In this document: piece by piece, positions 1 to 10,884 of the stretch | How the letters are laid out: the number at the start of each line of letters is the position of its first letter | How positions within the stretch are numbered: the first letter of the stretch is position 1 | The notes under the pieces: generated by a model | The model's input: only the letters and a program-made list of their open reading frames with translations | Database searches by the model: none | What the model was told of the DNA's origin: nothing | Source: Alphaproteobacteria bacterium | GTDB taxonomy: Bacteria; Pseudomonadota; Alphaproteobacteria; CALKHQ01 | Direction of reading: 5' to 3' | Assembly: GCA_965227515.1 (NCBI GenBank) | Contig: CBDDFZ010000001.1 | Span: 992,001-1,056,000 of the forward strand | Length of the DNA stretch: 64,000 nt | Program-made: the position numbers and the translations under genes

Positions 1-1880
1 TGGTCGGTTGCCTTGCGCGCCTTGTCCAGCGCCTTGGCAAGCGCGGTCTCCGCCGGGTCCGCCAGCTTGACGTGGTCGGCCGGCGCGGCATAGGCGGTGC
101 CGTCCTTCTTCTCCTCGATGCGCAGGATGTTGGCGGCACGGCGATAGGCGACCAGCAAATTGGCGCCGTCGTCGCTCTCCAGGAAATTGTCCAGCGCGTC
201 GACCCGCGCCATCAGCCGTACCAGGTCGTCGTCGGCGGAACTGGCGAACACCGCGCTGATCCGGTCGTGCCGCCGGCCAGCGCCCCGCAGGTGGACCTTC
301 AGCCGGTCGGCGATGAAATCGAGCAGGTCCGCGTCGATGGCCGCGTCGGTCATGTCCTTGGCGACCTTGGAGATGTTCTCCAGCGCCTCGGCAAAGGCCG
401 CCGTCAGGCGTACGCGTACGCCGTTCTCCAGCACCAGCCGGATCACGCCGATAGCGGCACGACGCAGGGCGTACGGGTCCTTCGAGCCGGTGGGCTTCTC
501 GTCGATGGCCCAGAAGCCGACCAGGGTGTCGATCTTGTCAGCCAGCGCGACGGCCACGCTGACCGGCGCTGTCGGGCAGTCGTCGTTCGGCCCGGCCGGC
601 GCGTAATGCGCCGCGATGGCATCAGCCACCGCCTCCGGCTCGCCATCGGCAAGTGCGTAGTAGCGCCCCATGATGCCCTGCAGCTCGGCGAATTCACCCA
701 CCATGCCGGTCACCAGGTCGGTCTTGGCCAGCAGGCCCGCGCGCACGCAATCGTGGATGTCGGCGCCGGGAATGCTGGGCGCCAGCGCCTTGGCCAGCAA
801 GGCGATGCGATGCGCCTTGTCGTTGACCGTGCCCAGCCGGGCGTGGAACACGATGTCGGCCAGCCGCGGCAGCCGGCTTTCCAGCGTGTGCTTGCAGTCC
901 TGGTCCCAGAAGAACTTGGCGTCGGCCAGCCGGGCGCGGAGCACGCGCTCGTTGCCGGCGACGATGGCCGCCCCGCCGTCCGCCGCAGCCAGATTGGCGA
1001 CCATGATGAAGTGCGGCGCCATAGCGCCATCGGGCGTACGTACGGTGAAGTACTTCTGGTGCGCCTTCATCGCCGTGCTCAGCGCCTCGGCGGGCACGTC
1101 CATGAACTCGGCGTCGATGGCGCCCATCATCGGCACCGGCCATTCGGTGAGGCCGGCGTTCTCCGCCACCAGCCCCGGCTCCAGGTCGGCGACCAGCCCG
1201 GCGTCGGATGTCAGTTTCTCCGCGCCCTCGCGAATGATGTTGGCCCGCTGCTCCGGGTCCAGGATCACGTGTGCGTCGCGCAGGCTTGCACGGTAGGTTT
1301 CAAAATCGCCGGCCGCGATCGGCCCCGACGACATGAAGCGGTGGCCGCGCGTCTCGGCAACGAACGGAATGCCGTCCACCTCGCCCTCAAGTGCAGCGCC
1401 GTCGAACACCGCCAGCACATGGTGCAGCGGGCGCACCCAGCGCGGCCCCGGCCATCCCGAGCGCATCGACTTCGGCCACGACAGGCTGGAGATGGTGTCC
1501 TTGACGATCGTCGGCAGCACCTTGACGGTCGCCTGGCCCTGGCGCTCGATCACCGCGAACCAGAACATGCTGCCCTTCAACTCGCGCTGCTCGAGCTGGT
1601 CCTGGGTCAGGCCGGTCGAGCGCAGGAAGCCCTGGAACGCCTGTTCCGGCGCGTCGACGCGCGGGCCCTTGCGCTCGTCCTTCACGTCGGGCTGCGCGGT
1701 CGGCAGGCCGTCGACCACCAGCGCCAGTCGGCGTGGCGTCGCGAAGGCGCGCGCGCTGTCGAACGAAAGACCGGCGTCCTCCAGGCCCTTGGTCACCAGG
1801 CGCTTCAGGTCGTCGGCCGCGCGCGCCTGCATGCGGGCCGGTATCTCCTCGGAGAACAGTTCCAGCAGGAATTCAGCCAT
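1..1880 (-). CDS. glyS: Glycine--tRNA ligase beta subunit (runs off the window start; C-terminus missing)
   Basis: Minus-strand translation from ATG at 1880 gives MAEFLLELFSEEIPARMQARAADDL...ATPRRLALVV...KGP, then PKSMRSG...WVRPL, and EFAELQGIMGRYYA. These are GlyS signatures. Absent from the ORF track because it is open at the edge. Confidence 0.95.
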   Translation of the reverse strand, partial: MAEFLLELFSEEIPARMQARAADDLKRLVTKGLEDAGLSFDSARAFATPRRLALVVDGLPTAQPDVKDERKGPRVDAPEQAFQGFLRSTGLTQDQLEQRELKGSMFWFAVIERQGQATVKVLPTIVKDTISSLSWPKSMRSGWPGPRWVRPLHHVLAVFDGAALEGEVDGIPFVAETRGHRFMSSGPIAAGDFETYRASLRDAHVILDPEQRANIIREGAEKLTSDAGLVADLEPGLVAENAGLTEWPVPMMGAIDAEFMDVPAEALSTAMKAHQKYFTVRTPDGAMAPHFIMVANLAAADGGAAIVAGNERVLRARLADAKFFWDQDCKHTLESRLPRLADIVFHARLGTVNDKAHRIALLAKALAPSIPGADIHDCVRAGLLAKTDLVTGMVGEFAELQGIMGRYYALADGEPEAVADAIAAHYAPAGPNDDCPTAPVSVAVALADKIDTLVGFWAIDEKPTGSKDPYALRRAAIGVIRLVLENGVRVRLTAAFAEALENISKVAKDMTDAAIDADLLDFIADRLKVHLRGAGRRHDRISAVFASSADDDLVRLMARVDALDNFLESDDGANLLVAYRRAANILRIEEKKDGTAYAAPADHVKLADPAETALAKALDKARKATD

Positions 1881-2043
1881 CGTCTCGTCCCAAATGCATT
1901 CCACTAGGTCCACGCACGCGCATCCACCCGCCGTAGTGGCGGCCCTCTTTTGTTGGTACGCGGGGTTTGCGTGGTCAGTGGAACCGATTGGGGGTGGTTT
2001 ACCCGATCGCGGCGCGCCGCGCCATGCGTGGGTTACTCGATTC

Positions 2044-2964
2044 TCATTCCACAAGGATGCGCTGTTTGGGGCGCACGATGGCGTCGGTCATGCGGGTGAC
2101 CCGCGCCATGACGCGCACGTCGTGGACCCGCACCGCGGCCGCGCCGCGGGCAATCGCCATTGCCACCGCGGCGGCCGTGCCCTCCACCCGGTCGTCGGGC
2201 GGCAGGTCCAGGGTGTGGCCGATGAAGCTCTTGCGCGACGGGCCGACCAGCAACGGCAGCCCGAGCCCGGCCAGCGCGTCCAGCCGGTTCAGCAGGTCCA
2301 GATTCTGGCCGATGGTCTTGCCGAAGCCAATGCCGGGATCGAGCAGGATGCGCTCGCGCGGGATGCCGGCGGCCTCTGCATCGGCCACCCGCTGCGCCAG
2401 ATCGGCAGTCACGTCGCTGACCACGTCGTCGTAGTCCATGTCGACGTAGTGCCGGCCGAGGTCTGGCCGGTCGGGCCGCGACGCCACCCGGTCCGACCGC
2501 GAGCGGTTGTGCATCAGCACCACCAGCGCCTCGTGCGCCACGGCAACGGCGGGCATCTCGGGGTCGGCGGCCAGCGCCCAGATGTCGTTGACGATGACGG
2601 CGCCGGCGCTGAGCGCTGCGTCGGCCACCTTGGCCTTGCAGGTATCGACGGAGATCGGCACGTCGGTGGCCGCCCGAACCGCCGCAATCGCCGTGGCCGC
2701 GCGCGCGGCCTCCACGTCCTCCGGCACGCCGGGCGCCCCCGGCCGCGAGCTCTCCGCGCCGATGTCCAGGATGTCGGCGCCGTCGGCGACCTGGCCGGTG
2801 GCCTTGGCCACCACCGCATCGACATCCATCGCGTCGCCGACGATGACGCCATCGCCGGAGAACGAGTCCTCGGTGATGTTGATGACACCCATCACCAGGG
2901 TGCGCTGACCGAACCCCTGCAGGTCGGCCCACCGGCGTGGTTTGCGCGCCCCCCGCATACTCAT
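2044..2964 (-). CDS. folP: Dihydropteroate synthase
   Basis: MGVINITEDSFSGDG, DIGAESSRPG, ISVDT, LDPGIGFGK, GPSRKSF and VRVHDV motifs. Confidence 0.95.
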   Translation of the reverse strand: MSMRGARKPRRWADLQGFGQRTLVMGVINITEDSFSGDGVIVGDAMDVDAVVAKATGQVADGADILDIGAESSRPGAPGVPEDVEAARAATAIAAVRAATDVPISVDTCKAKVADAALSAGAVIVNDIWALAADPEMPAVAVAHEALVVLMHNRSRSDRVASRPDRPDLGRHYVDMDYDDVVSDVTADLAQRVADAEAAGIPRERILLDPGIGFGKTIGQNLDLLNRLDALAGLGLPLLVGPSRKSFIGHTLDLPPDDRVEGTAAAVAMAIARGAAAVRVHDVRVMARVTRMTDAIVRPKQRILVE

Positions 2965-3005
2965 GGTGCGCTCATATCGTGCGCACGGCGAGCATCGCCC
3001 AGCCC

Positions 3006-3851
3006 TCAGCCCTGCTGGTCGTTCCCAGCGTCCGCCTCTTCGGACTGTGCCTCCAAAGCCTCGATATAGGCCGCCCCCTTGGCCAGTTCCGGCGTGTTCT
3101 CGATGCGGTCGATCAGCGCGTCGATGCGGGCCGGGTCGATCTCATGGAACATATTGCTCATCACCAGGACCCCGCGCCACCAGGCGTCCAGGATCGCGAT
3201 CTCGGTGTTGGTCTCCGGCGCGCCGCCGGTGTCCACCGCCAGCTTGGCCAGGTTCTCGTAGACGTTCTCCGCCTCCTCGACCTGCTTTTCCTCGCCCAGG
3301 TCGGCGACCAGGTTGACCGAGGCCTTGGCCAGGCGCAGCCGCTCGTCCGGCAGCGCCTTCTCGGCCAGCCCGATTTCGGAAAGCTCGCCATACATCGCCA
3401 CCGCATCCTGCTCGCGCTGGTGGCGGGCGTTGATGACGAACAGGTTGAAGGCGGCGCGCGAGCGCTCCAGGCGCACTTCCGGCAGCACGTCGGCCGCCGA
3501 CGCCATTTCGACCAGATCGGCGTAGAGCGCGCCCGCCTCGTCGAACTTCTCCTGCTCGGCCAGCAGCATCACCAGGTTGCCGCCTGATGTCGCCTTGGCG
3601 ATCACCGCATCGACATCGGCATCGGCCGCCTGCGCCTTCACCTTGGCGGCTTCATAGCCGCGGCGCCCGGCATCGAGCTGCGCCGACTTCACCTGCTCCT
3701 GGATCTTCGCCGCCTGCTCATCGGCGATGCTGGTGTCGCCGGCCGGCGGTGGCGGCGCCTTCTTGCGCACCGGGCCCAGGCTGATCGAGCCGGTTGTCAC
3801 GCGCGGCTGCGGCTTGTCGCCATCATCCGCGTTGTCGGGGGTATCATTCAT
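3006..3851 (-). CDS. Hypothetical acidic alpha-helical (TPR-like) protein
   Basis: Coding-like codon usage; GGAGG RBS upstream of the ATG at 3851; co-oriented between argG and folP. Confidence 0.7.
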   Translation of the reverse strand: MNDTPDNADDGDKPQPRVTTGSISLGPVRKKAPPPPAGDTSIADEQAAKIQEQVKSAQLDAGRRGYEAAKVKAQAADADVDAVIAKATSGGNLVMLLAEQEKFDEAGALYADLVEMASAADVLPEVRLERSRAAFNLFVINARHQREQDAVAMYGELSEIGLAEKALPDERLRLAKASVNLVADLGEEKQVEEAENVYENLAKLAVDTGGAPETNTEIAILDAWWRGVLVMSNMFHEIDPARIDALIDRIENTPELAKGAAYIEALEAQSEEADAGNDQQG

Positions 3852-3922
3852 GGCCGCCTCCACGGGGGTTGGGCCGCCGCGCTACCGAAACCGGCACCGG
3901 GGGCAGACTGGGCACGTGCCGC

Positions 3923-5137
<1,215 letters not shown>

Positions 5138-5228
5138 CGGCAAACTCTCTTGGAACAGTGGGAACGGTGGTGTCCGGCGGGGAAAGCGAGCATGTAGCGG
5201 TGGCGGTGCCTGCGATGCAAGCCTGTCT

Positions 5229-5264
5229 TGGATCAGGATCAGCTTGCGCTGAAGTCCGCGCCGG
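5229..5264 (-). repeat. Solo tail of the hairpin MITE family, in reverse orientation
   Basis: The reverse complement reads ...GGACTTCAGCGCAAGCTGATCCTGATC, matching the tail of the copy at 37282-37307. Confidence 0.7.
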
Positions 5265-5316
5265 GTTCAGGCTGCGGCGCGAATCACTCAACGGCGGGCA
5301 TCACAGGTAGACCTAC

Positions 5317-6336
5317 GTGCGACATGAAATCAGCGGCGGCCTGACCGCCTTGGCCCTCATCGTGGCGATACTGGCGGCGGTCGGCTTCCTCGGCAGCGAG
5401 TTCGGGGCGTTCGATATGTTCAGCCATCCGCGCCCGCTGTTCGTGCTGATTCTCGCGGCGCTGTGCGTGCTGCTGCTGATCGTGCGCGCCTGGCGGCGGG
5501 CGGCGGCGAGCTTGATCGCCGCCATCGCGCTGGCTGCCACCATCGCCATCGACATTCGCGAGACCCAGCCCGATCCGGCGGAGGTGACGGGGCCGAGCTT
5601 CACGCTGCTCAGCTTCAATGTGCTGTGGTTCAACAGGCGGGGTGCCGAAATCGTCGACATGATCGAAGAGCGGCACCCGGACGTCGCCGTGATCCTGGAG
5701 GCGCAGGCGCTGTTCGACCAGATGGACCGGCTGCAGGCCCTCTATCCCCACCTCTCCGGCTGCGAGACGCTGCCGCAATGCGACCTGCTGGTGCTGTCCC
5801 GGCTGCCGGTCGACGACGTGCGGCGCAGCGGCCTGATTTACGGACAGCCGCGGATGGCCGTGGTGAGCTTCACCCTGGACGGTACGGCGGCGAACGTGGT
5901 CGGCATCCACCTGTCGAAGCCGTACCACGACAACGCGCAATGGGTGGATACCGACATGGTGTCCCGCGGGCTGCGAGACGTCGAGGGGCCGACCGTGCTG
6001 GCCGGGGACTTCAACGCCGTGCCGTGGTCCTATATCTACGCGCGCCTGATCGGCGGCCACGGCTTCGGCGCGCCGGGTGGCTACCGGTCGACCTGGCCGG
6101 CGAGCTTCGGCGCCTACGGCATGCCGATCGACCATATCGCGGTGCGCGACGGCGCGGTCGTGACCGCGATCGCGCCGCTGGAGGATGCGCTCGGCTCAAA
6201 CCACCGCGGATTGTGGGCCGAGGTCAGGCTGCCGGCGGCCGATCCGAGCGCTGAACCGGACACACAGCCGGTTGAGGATCAGCAGCCGCCGGCTGACGAT
6301 CCGGACGCACCACAGGCTCCCGATACGACGCAATAG
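5317..6336 (+). CDS. Endonuclease/exonuclease/phosphatase (EEP) family membrane protein
   Basis: N-terminal TM segments, then LLSFNV, ILEA, LAGDFNA, IDHI and GSNH (usually SDH). Confidence 0.85.
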   Translation: MRHEISGGLTALALIVAILAAVGFLGSEFGAFDMFSHPRPLFVLILAALCVLLLIVRAWRRAAASLIAAIALAATIAIDIRETQPDPAEVTGPSFTLLSFNVLWFNRRGAEIVDMIEERHPDVAVILEAQALFDQMDRLQALYPHLSGCETLPQCDLLVLSRLPVDDVRRSGLIYGQPRMAVVSFTLDGTAANVVGIHLSKPYHDNAQWVDTDMVSRGLRDVEGPTVLAGDFNAVPWSYIYARLIGGHGFGAPGGYRSTWPASFGAYGMPIDHIAVRDGAVVTAIAPLEDALGSNHRGLWAEVRLPAADPSAEPDTQPVEDQQPPADDPDAPQAPDTTQ

Positions 6337-6353
6337 AACGCTTTTCAGTTTCG

Positions 6354-7178
6354 TAGATGGGCTAACGGCCCTCGTTTGGTGGCGTGCATGAGTGGTCGTC
6401 CCTCAATCTATTCGGTGTCATGCACGGAGTCGGCATTGCCGCTCCAAGAGACCGAGGAGGGACGACCATGAACTACTATGCCGGGATTGACGTTTCTTTG
6501 GAATGGTCATCGGTGTGCGTTGTTGACAGCCGTGGCGACATTTTATGCGAGGCTCGTATTGCGAGCACGCCGGCGGGTTTGTTGTTGTGGTTTGGGTCTT
6601 TGGGTTTTTCGGTTGAGCGGATTGGTCTTGAGGCGGGTCCATTGTCGCAATGGCTTGTGCGGGAGTGCGCGCAGGGTGGTCTTTCGGTTGAGTTGCTGGA
6701 GACGCGTCACGTTGCGCGGGCCCTTTCGACGATGCCTGTGAAGTCGGATCGCTCGGACGCGCGTGGGATTGCTCAGATGATGCGTGTGGGTTGGTTTCGG
6801 CCTGTTCATTGCAAGTCTTTGGCGGCACAGGAGATGCGCGCGCTCTTGAAGGGTCGCGATCAGCTTCGCTGCAAACTGCACGACCTTGAGATGCACCTTC
6901 GCGGTCAGCTGCGGAACTTCGGGCTGAAGGTAGGGCCCACGACGCGGCGCCGCTTTGCCGCGCGTATTGCGACATTGGTGTCTGGGCATCCTGTCTTGGA
7001 GGCGGTGGCGGGTGCGTTGCTGGCGGCACGTGATGGGTTGCTGCATTCGTTCACGGCGCTGGACCGACCGATCCTCGCATATCCATCTTGGTGGCGGCCG
7101 TGCGCCGACCCCGTACAGAAGCATGACCCAGGCGCCGGGACGACGAAAAAGGGATTGACCAACAATGGTCCGTTATAG
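6354..7178 (+). pseudogene. Truncated IS110-family element: left end, structured leader, and DEDD/RuvC-domain transposase fragment (ATG at 6468)
   Basis: MNYYAGIDVSLE, IGLEAG and KSDRSDARGIAQ give the DEDD residues. Similarity stops near 7068 (..TALDR), before the C-terminal Tnp domain. G/T-rich, atypical codon usage. The left boundary is approximate. Confidence 0.85.
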
Positions 7179-7264
7179 AAGCCTGGGTGGAACGAAGTGA
7201 AACCCAGGGAAAGGGAGCCGATGGGTCCAAGACCCCGGGTTGCGCTTCGCTCCACCCGGGCTAC
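7178..7264. repeat. GTAG-type REP doublet (inverted pair)
   Basis: GAAGCCTGGGTGGAACGAAGTGAAACCCAGGG ... CCCCGGGTTGCGCTTCGCTCCACCCGGGCTAC; related copy at 58536-58606. Confidence 0.75.
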
Positions 7265-7297
7265 ATGGCTGGATTCACGCTTTTCAACAACACAACA

Positions 7298-7477
7298 CTG
7301 TCATCCTCGGGCTTGTCCCGAGGATCCATTTATGTCCGTTATTTCAATGGTTTGCGGGCAATCTACGGTGTTGATGGCGGTCCGCAGATACGCATTGCAC
7401 CGTCAGAAATGGTCATGACAGGCAAGTCCCGGTTTCCGCATTTCCATGGGTCCTCGCCACAAGGGCGAGGACGACGG
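7298..7477. repeat. GTCAT/CGTC-type palindromic repeat pair
   Basis: Left CTGTCATCCTCGGGCTTGTCCCGAGGATCCAT and inverted right ATGGGTCCTCGCCACAAGGGCGAGGACGACGG. Confidence 0.7.
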
Positions 7478-7525
7478 AGAGAATTTTCTGGGTGCAGGAA
7501 ATCCGGGCGCCGGCGCGCCGGCGAG

Positions 7526-8644
7526 TTAAGCGCTCGCCCGCAGGCGCTCGCTGGCGCTCTTGAGCTGGCCGCAGGCGGCGAAAATGTCCCGCCCGCGCGG
7601 GGTGCGCACCGGCGAGGGGTAGCCGGCGTCGGTCACGATCTCGGCGAAGCGGCGGATCGCGTTGTTCGACGAGCATTCGTAGGGCGCGCCCGGCCACGGG
7701 TTGAACGGGATCAGGTTGATCTTCGACGGGATGCCGCGGATCAGGTTGACCAGGGCGTGGGCGTCGGCGGTGCTGTCGTTCACGCCCTTCAGCATCACGT
7801 ACTCGAAGGTGATGCGGCGCGCGTTGCTGGCGCCGGGATAGGCGCGGCAGGCCTCGATCAGCTCCGCCAGCGGGTACTTGCGGTTCAGCGGCACCAGCCG
7901 GTCGCGGATCTCGTCGGTCACGGCGTGCAGCGAGACCGCCAGGTTGACACCGATCTCCTCGCCGCAGCGCGCCATCATCGGCACAACGCCGGACGTCGAC
8001 AGGGTGATGCGGCGCTTCGACAGGCTGATGCCCTCGCCATCGGAAATGATGCCGAGCGCGGCCTTGACGTTGTCGAAGTTATAGAGCGGCTCGCCCATGC
8101 CCATCATGACGATGTTGGTGACCAGCCGGCCCTCTTTCGGCGACGGCCACTCGCCCAGCGCGTCGCGCGCCACCATGAGCTGGCCGACGATCTCGCCGGG
8201 GCCGAGATTGCGCACCAGCCGCTGGGTGCCGGTGTGGCAGAAGGTGCAGGTCAGCGTGCAGCCGACCTGGCTGGAGATGCAGACGGTGCCGCGATCCTCC
8301 TCCGGGATGTAGACGGTCTCGATCTCGCGGCCGTCGGTCTGGCGCAGCAGCCATTTGCGGGTGCCGTCGACGCTTTCCTGCAACGTCGCGATGTCCGGGC
8401 GGGCGATGGTGAAGTGCTCGGCCAGTTGCGCACGCACGGTCTTGGAGATGTCGGTCATGGCGTCGAAGTCGGTGACGCCGTGGGCATAGAGCCACTTCCA
8501 GATCTGGTTGGCGCGGAACCGCTCCAGGCCCAGCTCGCGCACCGCCTCGGCCAGCTCGGCGCGGGTGATGCCGACCAGATTGCGCCGGCCCTCGGCACTG
8601 CTGTCCGGCGGCGCGAATACACTGGCGTGTGCGTTCAAACCCAT
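7526..8644 (-). CDS. rlmN: Dual-specificity 23S rRNA (A2503)/tRNA (A37) C2-methyltransferase RlmN
   Basis: [18 protein letters not shown] (radical SAM), MMGMGEP and DIFAACGQL motifs. Confidence 0.97.
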   Translation of the reverse strand: MGLNAHASVFAPPDSSAEGRRNLVGITRAELAEAVRELGLERFRANQIWKWLYAHGVTDFDAMTDISKTVRAQLAEHFTIARPDIATLQESVDGTRKWLLRQTDGREIETVYIPEEDRGTVCISSQVGCTLTCTFCHTGTQRLVRNLGPGEIVGQLMVARDALGEWPSPKEGRLVTNIVMMGMGEPLYNFDNVKAALGIISDGEGISLSKRRITLSTSGVVPMMARCGEEIGVNLAVSLHAVTDEIRDRLVPLNRKYPLAELIEACRAYPGASNARRITFEYVMLKGVNDSTADAHALVNLIRGIPSKINLIPFNPWPGAPYECSSNNAIRRFAEIVTDAGYPSPVRTPRGRDIFAACGQLKSASERLRASA

Positions 8645-8681
8645 GGATCGATCTCTCCGCCGGCTCGTGTTTTCTTGCCGG

Positions 8682-9674
8682 CTATTCCCAAGCCTCGCCG
8701 CCGCCCGAATCGCTGTCCCCACTGTCAGGCGCCGGCCGGGGCTCGCCAACCTGGTTGGCGATCGGCGTCAGCGACCGCAGATAGGCGATCATCGCGTCGC
8801 GGTCGGCGTCGGTCAGCTCGCTGGTGGTGTTCTTGACAACCTCGCCCATGCCGCTGCCGGCGAAGTCGCCCGCCGGGTCCATGCCGGAAACGAAGAAGAA
8901 CCGCAAGTCCCCATCCGACCAACGGCCGATGCCGGTGGCCTCATCAGGCGTGATATTGGGCACCGCTCCGCCCTCCGGCCCTTCCGCCGCCCCGGCCAGC
9001 AACATGTCGTCGATGCGCGCGCCCATGAAGTCGCGCGGCGTGTGGCATTCGCCGCAATGGGCCAGGGCGGAGACGATGTAACGCCCGCGTTCCCAGACCG
9101 CGTCGGCGTCCGCCACCTCAGGTAGGGGGCCCTGGTCGAAGTTCAACACCTTCCACACCGCCAGCGCCGGGCGGAAGCCGAACGGGAACGCCACCTCGTG
9201 CTCGGTATTGGCTTGCGCCGCTGTCGGCAGCGAAAAGATGTAGGCCTTCAGGTCCAGCATGTCGGTGACCGACATCGCGGTGAAGCTGGTGTAGGGGAAG
9301 ACCGGGAAATAGTCGTCGCCGCCGGGCGACACGCCCTGGCCCAGCGCGCGCACGAAGTCCTCGTCGCTCCAGGCACCAATGCCGTGTTCGGGGTCGGCGG
9401 TGATGTTGGGGCCGTAGAAGGTGCCGAACGGTGTCGCCAGCTCCCGCCCGCCGGCAAGCAGCACCGCGTCGTCCGCCTGCGCGGTGTGGCAGCCGGCGCA
9501 ACCGGCGGCGGCGAAGATGTAGGCCCCGTTCTCCACCGATGGCGTGTGGTCCGGCAGCACCACGTCGCTGCGGGTCAGCCAGCGCGCGCCCAGGAACACC
9601 ACCAGCGCACCGATCACGCCGAGGACGGCCAGCCCGACCAGCCATTTCAACAGTCGCCTGGAACGTGTCGCCAT
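8682..9674 (-). CDS. Membrane-anchored diheme cytochrome c
   Basis: N-terminal TM; CAGCH and CGECH heme motifs; PNIT motifs typical of the dehydrogenase cytochrome c subunit family. Confidence 0.9.
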   Translation of the reverse strand: MATRSRRLLKWLVGLAVLGVIGALVVFLGARWLTRSDVVLPDHTPSVENGAYIFAAAGCAGCHTAQADDAVLLAGGRELATPFGTFYGPNITADPEHGIGAWSDEDFVRALGQGVSPGGDDYFPVFPYTSFTAMSVTDMLDLKAYIFSLPTAAQANTEHEVAFPFGFRPALAVWKVLNFDQGPLPEVADADAVWERGRYIVSALAHCGECHTPRDFMGARIDDMLLAGAAEGPEGGAVPNITPDEATGIGRWSDGDLRFFFVSGMDPAGDFAGSGMGEVVKNTTSELTDADRDAMIAYLRSLTPIANQVGEPRPAPDSGDSDSGGGEAWE

Positions 9675-9710
9675 CGCCGTTCTTCCCGCGCGAAGTTTAG
9701 TGGGGCCACC

Positions 9711-9741
9711 AAAAGCAAAGGGGCCGCGTTACCGCGACCCC
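9711..9741 (-). terminator. Intrinsic terminator after cytochrome c'
   Basis: Minus strand GGGGTCGCG-GTAA-CGCGGCCCC followed by TTTGCTTTT. Confidence 0.65.
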
Positions 9742-9805
9742 CGCCAATCTAACGTATGCGACCGGCCAAGCGCCAACCGCATCTTTGCGCGTCGTTTGCG
9801 CGAGG

Positions 9806-10261
9806 CTACTCCGCGCGATAGGTGTCGTGGCAGGCGCCACAGGACTGACCGACGGCACCGAACGCCTCGCCAATCGCGGCAAGATCGCCGCCTTCAGCCG
9901 CGGCCACGAGCGCCGCCGTGGCTTCCTGGGTGGATTCCGCCGCGGCGACGAAGCCGTCCCAGTCTTCCCAGATCACCGCCAGCGCCCGGTTGTCGGCGCC
10001 TTCCATGCTGCCTTCCGGCGTCGCGTCGACGATCATGCCAGCGAGCGCGTCGAGCGCCTGAGCGTGGCCAAGCGCATGCTCGGCGAAGTCCACTTCACCG
10101 CGCACGATGCGCGACATGGCGCCCATATGCGCGCCCAGACCGCCCATGACGGCTTGGCGATACTTGATCGTGGCCTCGTCTGCCTGGGCAATGGATGCCG
10201 TGGCACCAAGGACGGCGGCCACCGCCGCCGCGCCGATCAAGCGGATGTTTCTGGGGGTCAT
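9806..10261 (-). CDS. Cytochrome c' / c556 (class II)
   Basis: Signal peptide, IKYRQAVM, IWEDWDGF, and C-terminal CGACHDTYR. Confidence 0.92.
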   Translation of the reverse strand: MTPRNIRLIGAAAVAAVLGATASIAQADEATIKYRQAVMGGLGAHMGAMSRIVRGEVDFAEHALGHAQALDALAGMIVDATPEGSMEGADNRALAVIWEDWDGFVAAAESTQEATAALVAAAEGGDLAAIGEAFGAVGQSCGACHDTYRAE

Positions 10262-10416
10262 AGGCACTCTCCCGCGAAGTGAACTGTGAACTGCGTCGTT
10301 AACGCTATGCCAAGCACAGCCGACACAGCCATTCACAAGCCGGTGACGCCGGTTGACGTGGCCGTGAACGGGCGTGACGGCCAGCCATTAGAACCGGATC
10401 GCTTCTTGCGGCGACC

Positions 10417-10543
10417 TAAAGCATGACCATTCAAGTCGGCACCGGCCCTCTCCCCCACCCGGCCACCCACGAAAGTATCCTGCCTGGGTGGCCGGGTGGG
10501 GGAGAGGGCTGGCGCAGACTCAGCGTCAGGTGATCCCGACCTA
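10417..10543 (+). repeat. Hairpin MITE copy A (loop in AGTATCCTG orientation)
   Basis: AAGTCGGCACCGGCCCTCTCCCCCACCCGGCCACC-loop-GGTGGCCGGGTGGGGGAGAGGGCTGGCGCAGACT plus tail ending GATCCCGACCTA. Confidence 0.9.
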
Positions 10544-10583
10544 CGGGTGTCGTGACTTCCGCGACCGGAATAAGGAATCCGCC

Positions 10584-10877
10584 ATGGCGACCATGCCCGT
10601 GAACACGCTGCTGAAGATCGGGACCGTTCTGGCCTCGGCAGGTGCGGTCGCGTTCCTGACCATGGCATTCCTTGGCCCGCAGCTCCGCCATCAGGTGGTG
10701 CTGGAAGCGCCCCAGGCCGACACCTGGTTCCCGCGCCGTGCCGCACGTGCGGAGGCTGCGGCGGACAATTATCGCTCGGGCGGCTTCGATGAGACCCTGG
10801 CCCTGCTGCTGGCGCGCGCGATCGACGGGTCGGCGCCGCGGCCTGGTGCACCGATGCCGAACATCGTCCCGGAATGA
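10584..10877 (+). CDS. Small hypothetical membrane-anchored protein
   Basis: AAGGA RBS; hydrophobic N-terminus; coding-like codon usage. Confidence 0.55.
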   Translation: MATMPVNTLLKIGTVLASAGAVAFLTMAFLGPQLRHQVVLEAPQADTWFPRRAARAEAAADNYRSGGFDETLALLLARAIDGSAPRPGAPMPNIVPE

Positions 10878-10884
10878 GCACCTC

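Noticed and set aside
72-1907. 611-aa plus-strand ORF
   Set aside because: Antisense shadow of glyS; no motifs; typical of high-GC DNA.
1899-1983. Glycine riboswitch or T-box upstream of glyS
   Set aside because: The conserved motifs of either are absent; kept only as an unidentified structure.
7187-7525. ORFs starting within the REP cluster
   Set aside because: Translations derive from palindromic repeats and show no coding bias.
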